NCBI GenBank assembly: GCA_005889405.1 | Contig: VBFY01000056.1 | Coordinates: forward strand, 46,389 to 110,388 | Reading direction: 5' to 3' | Length of the DNA stretch: 64,000 nucleotides | Source: Chloroflexota bacterium | Lineage (GTDB): Bacteria > Chloroflexota > Limnocylindria > P2-11E | Notes under the pieces: model-generated | The model's database searches: none | What the model was told of the DNA's origin: nothing | Seen by the model: the letters and a program-made list of their open reading frames with translations, nothing else | Made by a program: the position numbers and the translations under genes | Shown: in pieces, positions 24,196 through 35,784 of the stretch | Layout: the number at the start of each line of letters is the position of its first letter | Numbering within the stretch: the stretch's first letter is position 1

Positions 24196-25515
24196 GTGGA
24201 TGCTCCCCGGCACGGCCGGGGAGGTGGGTGGAGGAAGAGCGGACTGCGCGCGACGGTCGTCGCGCTGGCGGCCCTCGCCCTCTTCATCGGACAGCAGATC
24301 CCCGCGGCGGCCGACGACCCGCTCCAGGAAGCGCTCCGCCGCAAGGAAGAGCTGGCGCGTGCGGTCACCGTGTCCCGGCAGAACGCCGAACGCTACAAAC
24401 AGGCCGCGAATCAGTTCCAGGCCGCCGTCGATTCGGCGAACGCGCGTATCTCGGAGCTCGCCGACCAGCAGGCCGCGGCGCAGACGGAGGCCGAGTCGCT
24501 GGGCTTCGAGATCCAGATCGCCGAGGAGCAGCTCGCGCTCGTCGCATTCCAGCTCGACGAGACGAAGGCGCTCGCGGACTCGCTGAACGCCCAGGCTGCG
24601 GAAGAGCAGCGTCAGCTCGTGGCGCGCGAAGACCTCTACGCGAAGCACCTCGTCGTCACCTACCGGCAGGCGCTGATCAGCCCGCTCGAGATGCTCCTGT
24701 CGTCGCACACGCTCACGGAATTCGCGAACCGCGTGCAGCAGATGATCTTCGTGAACCGCCAGGATCAGCAGCTCGCGAACGAGATCCGGAGCCTGCGGGC
24801 GGACACCGCTGCGAAGCTCGACGACGCCGCGGGCAAGCGGAAGGAGATCCTCGGCCTGCAGGAGCAGATCGCGACGCAGCGTGAGGGTCTCGCAGCCGAC
24901 AAGGCGAAATACGACAGGCTCGTGGCCGAGATGCAGACGGCGATCGCGCAGCAGGACGAGCAGCGCGCGTACGCAGACCAGAACAAGTCTCAGGCCGTCG
25001 GCGCACTGACACAGGCGAACCGCGAAACGGCGAGCCTCAATGCCAAGCTCGAGCAGGCCGAGGCGCAGTACGCGATGCTCGCGTCGCAGCTCGCCTCGAA
25101 GAGCGGCCTTGGGGCATTCAACGGATCGAAGCTCGCGATGTGGCCGCTCGTTGGTCCGATCACGTCGCCGTTCGGCGCGCGCTGGGGCGGCTTCCACAAC
25201 GGGATCGACATCGCCGCGCCGATGTACACGCCGATCCGCGCCGCGTCGTCGGGCCAGGTCGTCACCGTCGGACGCCCGTACGTTGCGTACGGCGACACGG
25301 CGGTCGTCGTCATCATCGCGCATGGCTACAACTTCTCGACGCTCTACGGCCACCTCGACGACAGCCGGTGGCCGCCGGTGCGCGTCGGCCAGTTCGTTGC
25401 GGCCGGCACGATCATCGGCTACGTCGGCATGACCGGCTGGACCACGGGCCCCCATTGCCACTTCATGACGATCGTGAACGGGCAGGCCCGCGACCCGCGC
25501 CCCTACCTTCCCTGA
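24196..25515 (+). CDS. M23/LytM peptidase with an N-terminal coiled-coil (EnvC/PcsB-like FtsEX partner)
   Basis: Signal peptide, ~250 aa of coiled-coil, then an M23 domain with HxxxD (FHNGIDIAAP) and HxH (GPHCHF). Only the distal part of track ORF 23179..25515 is genuine. Confidence 0.8.
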   Translation: MDAPRHGRGGGWRKSGLRATVVALAALALFIGQQIPAAADDPLQEALRRKEELARAVTVSRQNAERYKQAANQFQAAVDSANARISELADQQAAAQTEAESLGFEIQIAEEQLALVAFQLDETKALADSLNAQAAEEQRQLVAREDLYAKHLVVTYRQALISPLEMLLSSHTLTEFANRVQQMIFVNRQDQQLANEIRSLRADTAAKLDDAAGKRKEILGLQEQIATQREGLAADKAKYDRLVAEMQTAIAQQDEQRAYADQNKSQAVGALTQANRETASLNAKLEQAEAQYAMLASQLASKSGLGAFNGSKLAMWPLVGPITSPFGARWGGFHNGIDIAAPMYTPIRAASSGQVVTVGRPYVAYGDTAVVVIIAHGYNFSTLYGHLDDSRWPPVRVGQFVAAGTIIGYVGMTGWTTGPHCHFMTIVNGQARDPRPYLP

Positions 25516-25698
25516 GCCTGGACAAGTAGCTCGTCTTCGCGGCGCCGCGGCACCTCGCTGCGACGCTCAAGGCTGGTGGACGCTCCCTCGCCGGAGTGAA
25601 TCCGGCTCGGTCGGCGCCCCGGTGTTCCATTGCGACGTACCTCACATTGACGGCGCCTCGGCGCGCGTGTGAGGATGGAAGACGAAAGAAAGGAGGTG

Positions 25699-25776
25699 AT
25701 GTGGAGTGGGCGATGCCAATGGGAAACCAAAGACCCAGGGGCGCTCACTTCGGCCTTTCGTAATGAAACCAACTGA
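25699..25776 (+). CDS. small ORF (25 aa) with a consensus Shine-Dalgarno sequence; possible leader peptide or small protein
   Basis: aaaggaggtga lies 5 nt upstream of an ATG; the ORF is MWSGRCQWETKDPGALTSAFRNETN*. It sits in the 360-nt gap between the M23 gene and smpB. Confidence 0.25.
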   Translation: MWSGRCQWETKDPGALTSAFRNETN

Positions 25777-25816
25777 GGTGATCGCGAACTAACCCGCGGT
25801 CTTTGGAGACCCGGTG

Positions 25817-25852
25817 ACAGCGGCGGCAGAAATGCCGCCGCTGTCTCTTTTT
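25817..25852 (+). terminator. intrinsic terminator-like hairpin (12-bp perfect stem, GAAA loop, T-tract)
   Basis: acagcggcggca-gaaa-tgccgccgctgt followed by ctcttttt. It lies 22 nt upstream of the smpB start. Confidence 0.55.
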
Positions 25853-25873
25853 GTCCCTCTGTACGCTCTCGCC

Positions 25874-28564
<2,691 letters not shown>

Positions 28565-28597
28565 CCGCGTTCTGCGTATCGCTGGTAACGAAGCGGT

Positions 28598-28894
28598 CTA
28601 GCCTCCGGCGGACTCGACCCTCGGTTGCTCGAGATCGGCAGAGAAGAACGTCTTGCCGCCGCACTGCGCGCATTTCGCCGGCGCCGCCGCGCCGTGCGTG
28701 ATCGTGCCGCACGATTCGCAGCGGAAGTGACGCTGTCCGCCAGTCGCCGGGATGACTGCGGGCCCCTCCGCGAGCAGTTGCCGGATGCGGCCGAGCTCAT
28801 GCGCCACTGCGATCGGCTCGAGCCCCGCGCCCGATTGGTCGGCTTCGATGAGCTGCTGAGTGAGCGCGTCGAGTCGGCGCATCGCTTCCTGCAT
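28598..28894 (-). CDS. small zinc-ribbon protein (~98 aa)
   Basis: ATG with SD ggaggt. The C-terminal CESCG...(x12)...CAQCGG two-CxxC ribbon follows an N-terminal helical region. Only the 3' 300 nt of track ORF 28598..29998 is genuine. Confidence 0.5.
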   Translation of the reverse strand: MQEAMRRLDALTQQLIEADQSGAGLEPIAVAHELGRIRQLLAEGPAVIPATGGQRHFRCESCGTITHGAAAPAKCAQCGGKTFFSADLEQPRVESAGG

Positions 28895-28966
28895 CGTGAC
28901 CTCCCTGCGAATTCGGAGAGGATACGTCTCACGCAGGGCGCCCGAGCGACGTTCTAGTCTCGGACG

Positions 28967-29851
28967 ATGCAATACCTCGTGTTCGCGGGGTGCTGCCTCA
29001 TCTGGGGCAGCACCTTCCTCGCGATCCGCATCGGCAATGAGGCCGTGCCGCCGATCTGGGCCGCGACGATCCGCCTGGTCCTCGCCGCGCCGCTGCTGAC
29101 GCTGCTGGTACTCGCGACTCGTCAGCGCTTCCCGCGTGGGCCGGCGCTGCGCGGTGCGCTCCTGTTCGGGATCTTCAACTTCGGCGTGAATCTGTCGCTC
29201 CTCTATTGGGGCGAGCGCGTGGTGCCGAGCGGCATCGCGGCGGTGCTGTACGCCACCGTGCCGCTGTCGACGGCGCTCATCGCCGCGGCGATGCGCGTCG
29301 AGCGCCTCGTGGCGCGCAAGGTCGTTGCCGCGATCGTCGCGATCCTGGGCGTGGCGATCATCTTCTCGGGCGAGCTGAAGCTCGACGTCCCGCTCGAGGG
29401 TCTCGTCGCGGTCTTCCTGGCGGCGACGGCGGCCTCGCTCTCGAGCGTGTTCCTCAAGAGAGCGCCGCAGCCCTCTGCCCTCGCCGCGAACGCCGTGGGT
29501 GCGGCGGCCGGCGCGGTCGTGTGCGCGGCGGTCAGTCTTGCGATCGGCGAAGACCACGCGCTGCCGAACACGCTCGCCGGCTGGTGGCCGATCGTCTACC
29601 TCACCCTCGCCGGGTCGCTCGGCGCGTACGTCCTGTACACCTGGCTGGTCCAGCATTGGCCCGTCACGAACGCGAGCATGGTCGGTGTCGTCGTGCCGGT
29701 GCTCGCGGTGATCCTGGGAGCGGTCGCGAAGCAGGAGAAGCGTGCGCCCGAGTCCTACCTCGGCGCCGTGGTCGTCCTGGTCGCCGTGATCGTCGCCCTG
29801 CGCCCGTGGGCTGGCACTCGCTATGCGGGAGGTCCGGCGGTCGCCAAATAG
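28967..29851 (+). CDS. EamA/DMT-superfamily transporter
   Basis: 294 aa with 10 TM helices and two EamA repeats. Confidence 0.8.
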   Translation: MQYLVFAGCCLIWGSTFLAIRIGNEAVPPIWAATIRLVLAAPLLTLLVLATRQRFPRGPALRGALLFGIFNFGVNLSLLYWGERVVPSGIAAVLYATVPLSTALIAAAMRVERLVARKVVAAIVAILGVAIIFSGELKLDVPLEGLVAVFLAATAASLSSVFLKRAPQPSALAANAVGAAAGAVVCAAVSLAIGEDHALPNTLAGWWPIVYLTLAGSLGAYVLYTWLVQHWPVTNASMVGVVVPVLAVILGAVAKQEKRAPESYLGAVVVLVAVIVALRPWAGTRYAGGPAVAK

Positions 29852-29863
29852 GGGAGGACCGCC

Positions 29864-30274
29864 ATGCCCATCGATCACGGAGCCAAGGTGCGCACCCGGG
29901 ACGGTCATCAGGCCGGACATGTGAAGCACGCGATCTGGGATCCAAGCGGCAAAAGGATCACCGAGTACGTCATCACCACTGGCGGCTTGCTTGGTCACGA
30001 CGTGATCGTGTCGCCCGAGCTACTCGAGAGTGCCGCGCGCGACGGAAACGCGATCGTTCTGAGCATCACCAACCGCGAGCTCGACGAGCTTGCCCACTAC
30101 GAGTCGGGTGACTACACAACTCCACCGGCCGGCTGGCTCGCGCCAACGATCTATGGCTTCCCGACAGGCGGTTATCTCTGGCCGGTCGCGAGGGCGCCGA
30201 GGGACGTCGCGCCGGAGGAGCAAGAGCCATCGACCGTGGAGGGCCACAGTCCGAAGGTGGGAAACAACTTCTAA
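29864..30274 (+). CDS. PRC-barrel domain protein
   Basis: N-terminal PRC-barrel pattern (VRTRDGHQAGHVKHAIWDPSGKRITEYVI) with SD ggggagga. Confidence 0.55.
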   Translation: MPIDHGAKVRTRDGHQAGHVKHAIWDPSGKRITEYVITTGGLLGHDVIVSPELLESAARDGNAIVLSITNRELDELAHYESGDYTTPPAGWLAPTIYGFPTGGYLWPVARAPRDVAPEEQEPSTVEGHSPKVGNNF

Positions 30275-30285
30275 GGAGGATCGCC

Positions 30286-30645
30286 GTGGCACAGCTCACC
30301 GAGACAGGACGCAAGCACATCGCGTCGAAGAATTTCGCCTACATCGACAAGGAAGGTGGCGAGCATCTCCCGATCCACGACGAGGAGCACGTCCGCAACG
30401 CGATCGCGCGCTTCAACCAGACTGCGTTCGAGAGCGTCGACGCCAAGGAGAAGGCGCGGCGCAAGGTGCTCGCCGCGGCGAAGCGCCATGGGATCGAGGT
30501 CGCGAAGGATGATGAGATCGCGAAGCGCGCCGGAACGCTGAAGCGCGTACGGACCAAGCGCGGCATGCGCGGTGGAAAAAAGGTGGTCGCGTCGAAGCGG
30601 TCGACGTCGGCCCGGAAGAAGACCGCGGCGCGCCGCAGGAGATAG
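30286..30645 (+). CDS. hypothetical protein with a Lys/Arg-rich C-terminal tail
   Basis: 119 aa with a conserved-looking N-terminal domain (FAYIDKEGGEHLPIHDEEHVRNAIARFNQ) and a basic tail (KRGMRGGKKVVASKRSTSARKKTAARRRR). Confidence 0.5.
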   Translation: MAQLTETGRKHIASKNFAYIDKEGGEHLPIHDEEHVRNAIARFNQTAFESVDAKEKARRKVLAAAKRHGIEVAKDDEIAKRAGTLKRVRTKRGMRGGKKVVASKRSTSARKKTAARRRR

Positions 30646-30683
30646 CGGGGCCTATTTGGTCACGCGCGCGATGATGTCGCGCG

Positions 30684-32120
30684 GTGACCGGTCTCGAAGC
30701 GCCTGACTACTGGCTCGCGCGCCTCGTCTTCCAGCGCGCGCTCGCCGGCATCTATTTCGTCGCGTTCTTGGTGGCCGCGCATCAGTTCGCTCCGCTTCTC
30801 GGCGAGCACGGTCTCCTGCCGGTACCCGACTACGTGCGCGCAGTGGCGTTCCGGCGCTCACCGAGCCTCTTCCACTTCCGCTACTCGGACGGCCTTCTCG
30901 CGGCCGTCGCGTGGAGCGGCGTGGCCCTCGCCGCGGCCGCGCTCGCCGGGCTGCCTGATGCGTGGCCGCTGCCGCTCACGATGCTGCTCTGGGCCGTCCT
31001 CTGGGCGCTCTACCTATCGATCGTCAACGTCGGACAGACTTTTTACTCGTTCGGCTGGGAGACGCTCCTCCTCGAGACCGGCTTTCTCGCGATCTTTCTC
31101 GGGCCCGCGTGGACCCCGCCGCCGCTCACGCTCATCTGGCTGATCCGCTGGCTCGTCTTCCGCGTCGAGTTCGGCGCGGGCCTGATCAAGATCCGCGGCG
31201 ACCAGTGCTGGCGCGACCTCACCTGTCTCTACTACCACCACGAGACGCAGCCCATGCCGAATCCGCTGTCCTGGTACTTCCACCACCTGCCGAAGCGGCT
31301 GCACCGGGTGGAGGTCGTCGGCAACCACTTTGCGCAGCTCGTCGTTCCGTTCTTCCTCTTCTTCCCCCAGCCGATCGCCAGCGTCGCGGGACTCGTGATC
31401 CTCACCACCCAGAGCTGGCTGCTCCTCAGCGGCAACTTCTCGTGGCTCAACGTTCTCACGATGACGCTCGCCGTTGCGAGCCTGGACGACGACGCGCTCG
31501 GGCGGATCCTGCCGATCGCGCGACCGGACCAGAGCGCGGAGCCGTGGCACCAGTGGCTCGTCGTCGGCGTGACGATCGTCATCGTCCTGCTCAGCTACCG
31601 GCCGGCGCGCAACCTCCTCTCGCGACACCAGCTCATGAACACCAGCTTCGATCCGCTGCATCTGGTGAACACGTACGGGGCCTTCGGTTCGATCACCAAG
31701 GATCGCTACGAGGTCGTCATCGAGGGAACGGACGAGCCGGTGCTGACGCCGAGCACCGCATGGCGCGAGTACGAATTCAAGGCCAAGCCAGGCGACGTGC
31801 GCCGGCGGCCGCCGCAGTACGCGCCATACCACCTGAGGCTGGACTGGCTCATGTGGTTCGCGGCGATGTCCTCGCCGATGTACCACGAATGGTTCGTGCC
31901 GCTCGTGGTGAAGCTGCTCGAGGCCGACGCGCCGACGCTGCGTCTCCTGCGAAGCGACCCGTTCGCCGGAGCGAGGCCGCGCTTCATCCGCGCGACGCTC
32001 TACCTCTACCGCTTCACCACCCCGCGCGAGCGGCATGAGTCGCACGCCTGGTGGGTGCGGTCGCGGGTCGACGAGTACCTGCAGCCCGTCGGTCTGCGGG
32101 CGGAGCGAGCGGCCGCTTAG
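30684..32120 (+). CDS. lipase-maturation-factor (LMF1/TMEM112)-like polytopic membrane protein
   Basis: 478 aa, many TM helices with a Trp/Tyr-rich C-terminal region. It resembles the LMF family. Assignment is tentative. Confidence 0.45.
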   Translation: MTGLEAPDYWLARLVFQRALAGIYFVAFLVAAHQFAPLLGEHGLLPVPDYVRAVAFRRSPSLFHFRYSDGLLAAVAWSGVALAAAALAGLPDAWPLPLTMLLWAVLWALYLSIVNVGQTFYSFGWETLLLETGFLAIFLGPAWTPPPLTLIWLIRWLVFRVEFGAGLIKIRGDQCWRDLTCLYYHHETQPMPNPLSWYFHHLPKRLHRVEVVGNHFAQLVVPFFLFFPQPIASVAGLVILTTQSWLLLSGNFSWLNVLTMTLAVASLDDDALGRILPIARPDQSAEPWHQWLVVGVTIVIVLLSYRPARNLLSRHQLMNTSFDPLHLVNTYGAFGSITKDRYEVVIEGTDEPVLTPSTAWREYEFKAKPGDVRRRPPQYAPYHLRLDWLMWFAAMSSPMYHEWFVPLVVKLLEADAPTLRLLRSDPFAGARPRFIRATLYLYRFTTPRERHESHAWWVRSRVDEYLQPVGLRAERAAA

Positions 32121-32438
32121 CCCACGCGCGTCGGCTGGGACGCTCGCCATTCCACGAGACCACCTCATCCTTGCCGAGCATTTTGAAAGCATGAGTGAGT
32201 GATGCCCTCCCGCCCTCCGTCGCATGGCCGTGGCCCCAGTGCTCCGCGACGAGCCGCCAGCCGACCTCGAGCACCGGTCGCCCGAGCACCACGTTGGTCG
32301 GGATCAGTCCGACGAACCCTTACGCGTGCTGATCTCCGGGACTGCTCCATCACTCTTGGATCCGCGTTCATCACCGCGAACGGCGCGCGATCGCTTGCGC
32401 GCCACGGCCGGAGCACGAGGCGCTCCGTTCGCATGTGA
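32100..32438 (-). pseudogene. GNAT (RimJ/RimL-like) N-acetyltransferase remnant, frameshifted and truncated
   Basis: The N-terminal GNAT motif MRTERLVLRPWRASDRAPFAVMNADPRVME is in the frame of ORF 32165..32497. The C-terminal motif VLGRPVLEVGWRLVAEHWGHGHATEGGRASLTHAF is in the frame of ORF 32014..32292. The middle ~80 aa are missing and the 3' end runs into the stop of the convergent LMF-like gene. Confidence 0.45.
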
Positions 32439-32447
32439 CGGCCGCCG

Positions 32448-33293
32448 TCACCCGAGCGAGCTCGCCGTCCACGTGATCGTGTCGCCGATGACCGCATCCG
32501 CCTCGGGTTCGTTGTGCATCTCGTGACGCAGACCTGGATACACGCGGCGGGTCACGTTCGCCCGTCGCTCGAGCGACGCGCTGGACGAGACCGGCACGAT
32601 CGGATCCTCGGCGCCGTGCAGCACATACGTCGGTATCGGGAGAGCGCCGGTCCGGGCGAGGCGCGACTGGACCCGCGCCTGCTCGCGAAAGAGCTCCATG
32701 CCAAGGCGCGTCGTCGTGCGGTGCACGTTGAGCGGATCGGAGCGATAGGCGACCTCGACCACCGGATCATGCGAGAGCCCACCGGCCGGCAGTCGGTTGG
32801 CGATCTCCAATCGCGGGACCGCGCGGCCAAGCACCGCGGCGAGGGGCCGTCTCCAGCCCCCCACCGACGCGATGGCCGGCGCGGATAGAACGAGGATTTC
32901 GGGTTCCGGACGCGGCACATCCGCGAGCACGTAGCCGAGCGCGATGAGACCACCCATGGAGTGGCCGTAGAGGACCACGGGGAGACCTCGGGCCTCCGCG
33001 CGGATCGCCGCGAGTTGGTCCTCGACGTCGTCGTCGTACTGCGACCAGCGGTCGACGTATGCGCGGCGACCCGCGGACGCGCCGAAGCCGCGCAGGTCGA
33101 AGGCGTGTGTCTCGATCCCGGCATTCGCGAAACGCGATGCGACATGCGCATGGCGCCCCGCGTGCTCGGCGATGCCGTGTATCAGAAGAAGGTGTGCGCG
33201 CGCGACACCGACCGCGGGCCAGCGCAGCGTGCGCAGCTCGAGGCCGTCGCGCGTTCTCGCACTCCCGATGATGCCGTCCGCGAGTGCCGTCAC
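32448..33293 (-). CDS. alpha/beta hydrolase (lysophospholipase/monoglyceride lipase-like)
   Basis: HG-box LIHGIAEHAGRH, nucleophile elbow GHSMGG and a C-terminal His. GTG start at 33293 is proposed. Confidence 0.75.
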   Translation of the reverse strand: MTALADGIIGSARTRDGLELRTLRWPAVGVARAHLLLIHGIAEHAGRHAHVASRFANAGIETHAFDLRGFGASAGRRAYVDRWSQYDDDVEDQLAAIRAEARGLPVVLYGHSMGGLIALGYVLADVPRPEPEILVLSAPAIASVGGWRRPLAAVLGRAVPRLEIANRLPAGGLSHDPVVEVAYRSDPLNVHRTTTRLGMELFREQARVQSRLARTGALPIPTYVLHGAEDPIVPVSSSASLERRANVTRRVYPGLRHEMHNEPEADAVIGDTITWTASSLG

Positions 33294-33392
33294 GCGGCGA
33301 CGATATCGGCACGTACCGCGGGGGGGCCGTGGGCTGTTCGCGCCGCTCTGGCCGGCGAGCACCGCCTGGACCCTGCCGGGCGGCATTCTCTG

Positions 33393-33743
33393 TGGAGATG
33401 GGGGAGGGTCGAACTCCCCGTCCAAGGCCGTTGAAGTGAGCGCTTCTACGAGCGTGGTCGGCGGTTTTTTGTCTCGGGAAACCTAGCGCGCACCGACGCG
33501 CTCTCGGCTCCCCCAGGCCGGAAATCTTGAGTCCGCCTACCGGCCGATCGGCGGACCGCACCTTCGCTTAAGTCGCCCTTCCCGGCCCGCGAAGGGGAGA
33601 CCGGGAGGACGCTCACTGACTAGGCAGCGAGTGCGTAGGAATTTGTGCCAGTTATCTGGCTGCCGTTCGGATTAACGAGGAGGAACGGCGTTCCTCGGCT
33701 CGCGACGCTCACGTCGCCTGCCCTGTCGAAACCACGCATCCCC
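33393..33743 (-). ncRNA. ssrA: tmRNA (ssrA)
   Basis: On the minus strand: 5' GGGGAUGCGUGGUUUCGACAGGG (canonical tmRNA 5' end with G3:U70), 3' ...GGACGGGGAGUUCGACCCUCCCCCAUCUCCA (T-arm plus acceptor). An internal tag reading frame ...AAC GGC AGC CAG AUA ACU GGC ACA AAU UCC UAC GCA CUC GCU GCC UAG (...NSYALAA*) is present. Confidence 0.85.
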
Positions 33744-33775
33744 GTGACCTTCTTCAGGCACCATTAATTCTAACC

Positions 33776-34528
33776 TTGCTACGTTCGTATGTCTTCCTCG
33801 CGCTGCTCGTCACGGCGTGCTCGGGCCCCCCGCCCCGCGCCACGACCGCCACGCCCGCGACCACGCCCCCGTCCACACTGGCTGCCGTGACTCTGAGTCC
33901 CACCGCGATACCGACGACGTCACCGACCGCACTGGTCCGCTACGTCGCGATCGGCGCGTCCGACACAGTTGGCGTGGGCGCGAGCGATCCCGCGACGGGA
34001 TCCTGGCCCGCGCGCGTGGCGACGCTCCTGCCGCCTGGAAGCGCGTTCGTGAACGTCGGCGTGTCCGGATCGATCGCGCTACAGGCGCGCACCGCGCAGC
34101 TGCCCGGAGCGCTCGCCCAGCGGCCCACGGTCGTCTCGATCTGGCTCGCCGTCAACGACATGAACGCGACCATCGAGCCCGCGTCGTTCGGAAGCGACCT
34201 CGGCGCCATCGTCGACGCGCTGGTCTCGGGCACTGCGGCGAAGATCTTCGTCGGCAACGTCCCCGATCTGCGATCCGTGCCCGCGTACAAGGACGCCGAC
34301 AAGGTGGCGCTGTTCAAGGTCATCGGCGCCTACAACGCCGCCATCGCGGCCATCGTCGCGAAATATCCGGGTCGGGTCTTCGCGGTGGATCTCTTCACCG
34401 GCAGCGCCGACCTCGTGAGCACCATCACCGTTTCCGGCGACGGCTTCCATCCGTCCGACGCGGGCTATCAGCTCATCGCGGACCGCTTCGCCGCGGCGAT
34501 GCGCAGCGCCGGCATCCCCCTCCGCTAG
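33776..34528 (+). CDS. SGNH/GDSL hydrolase lipoprotein
   Basis: TTG start, lipobox LVTAC, block I GASDTVG and block V DGFHPSD. Confidence 0.7.
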   Translation: MLRSYVFLALLVTACSGPPPRATTATPATTPPSTLAAVTLSPTAIPTTSPTALVRYVAIGASDTVGVGASDPATGSWPARVATLLPPGSAFVNVGVSGSIALQARTAQLPGALAQRPTVVSIWLAVNDMNATIEPASFGSDLGAIVDALVSGTAAKIFVGNVPDLRSVPAYKDADKVALFKVIGAYNAAIAAIVAKYPGRVFAVDLFTGSADLVSTITVSGDGFHPSDAGYQLIADRFAAAMRSAGIPLR

Positions 34529-35736
34529 GCCTCGGCCGCCACGACCTCGACGGCGCGTGCGGATGGCGCCCGCACGAGCTGGGCCAGGACCAGCGCGCCG
34601 GTCGTCATGAGCAGCGTGCCGAGCACGAGCACGACCTGCGGCGGCACCATCCCGAGCAGCGCCGCCGCCAGGAATGGGGCTGCGGTGCCACGCACGCCGA
34701 GCAGGAATGCGTTCGCCGCCGCGTACTCGCCGATCCGGCCGTGCGGCGCCATGTGGACGATGTTCGTGAAACCGGTGAGCTCGCCGCTCGACACGCCCAC
34801 GCCGATGATCACCGCGACCGGCAGCAACGCCCAGGTGCCCGGCGCGACGAGATACCCGATGGGGACCAGGATCGTGAGCAGCGTCGCGATGAGCGTCTGG
34901 CGCAGCGTCGAGCCACGATCGATGAGCCGGCCGACGACCGGGTACGCCACGATCTGCGTCGCGGACTGCACGATCGCGAGCGTCCCTACAAAGGCGTTGG
35001 ACGCGTCGAAGTGGTCCACCAGCATGATCGGGAAGACCGCGAAGTTCATGAGGTTGCCGGTGCCGAAGATCGCGAACGCGAGAAGCAGCTTGCGGTAGCG
35101 ACGGTCCGCCCACACGTCGCGCGCGATCTCGAGCGCCGGGCGTCGCGCGGGCGGCGCGGCCGGTCCGTCGTAGCGGATCGCGAAGAAGGCGAGAGCGCAG
35201 GGAAGGGCGATCAGCGCCGCGGCGGCGAACACCCACTGCGCCGGCACGACACCGATGAAGCTGCCGGCCAGCGCAGCCGACCCGATGCCGGCCACCGACG
35301 CGCCGACGCGTACGTTGCCCATCGCGGACGCGCGCTCGCGATCCGGATAGATCCCCTGCATCAGCGCGGTGTACGCGGCGATGTTCGACACGGTGATGAT
35401 CCAGAACGCGACGCTGGTGAGCGCGAGCATGAACGGCGTGGCGGCCAGGAGCACCGCGATCAGAAAGACGAAACGCGAGAGGCTGGCTGCTCCTGCGACG
35501 ACGCGCACGATCGGCAGGTGGGCGAGCAGGTAGGCCGAGATCGGCGACAGCAGGTTCCCGATGAACGGGGCCGCGACGACGATGGCGACGTCGGTGGTCG
35601 ACCCGCCCATCCGGCGGACGACCACCGGCATGAACGCGATGAGGACCGAGACGAACGCGCCAGCGCCGAGGGCGCTGAAGAGGTCGATACGGAAGTTGCG
35701 ACGGACGCGCGAGGGTAGCCAGTTGGGGTCGGTCAC
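34525..35736 (-). CDS. MFS transporter (12 TMS)
   Basis: 403 aa with 12 hydrophobic segments. Confidence 0.8.
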   Translation of the reverse strand: MTDPNWLPSRVRRNFRIDLFSALGAGAFVSVLIAFMPVVVRRMGGSTTDVAIVVAAPFIGNLLSPISAYLLAHLPIVRVVAGAASLSRFVFLIAVLLAATPFMLALTSVAFWIITVSNIAAYTALMQGIYPDRERASAMGNVRVGASVAGIGSAALAGSFIGVVPAQWVFAAAALIALPCALAFFAIRYDGPAAPPARRPALEIARDVWADRRYRKLLLAFAIFGTGNLMNFAVFPIMLVDHFDASNAFVGTLAIVQSATQIVAYPVVGRLIDRGSTLRQTLIATLLTILVPIGYLVAPGTWALLPVAVIIGVGVSSGELTGFTNIVHMAPHGRIGEYAAANAFLLGVRGTAAPFLAAALLGMVPPQVVLVLGTLLMTTGALVLAQLVRAPSARAVEVVAAEA

Positions 35737-35784
35737 GGCAGGAAGTTAACGGCGGCTGCTGTGCTCTGTCACCGCCTTGTGGGG

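Noticed and set aside
23521-25461. 646-aa minus-strand ORF opposite ftsX and the M23 peptidase gene
   Set aside because: Antisense artefact. The sense strand carries clear FtsX and LytM motifs.
28598-33393. Possible genomic island integrated at the tmRNA 3' end
   Set aside because: No integrase or recombinase was found. No direct repeat of the tmRNA 3' end was found, although this search was by eye and not exhaustive. GC content and codon usage look like the rest of the window.
33817-35718. 633-aa plus-strand ORF and 385-aa minus ORF (34079..35236) over the SGNH and MFS genes
   Set aside because: Arg/Asp/His-rich junk frames. The genuine genes are in the other frames and strands.
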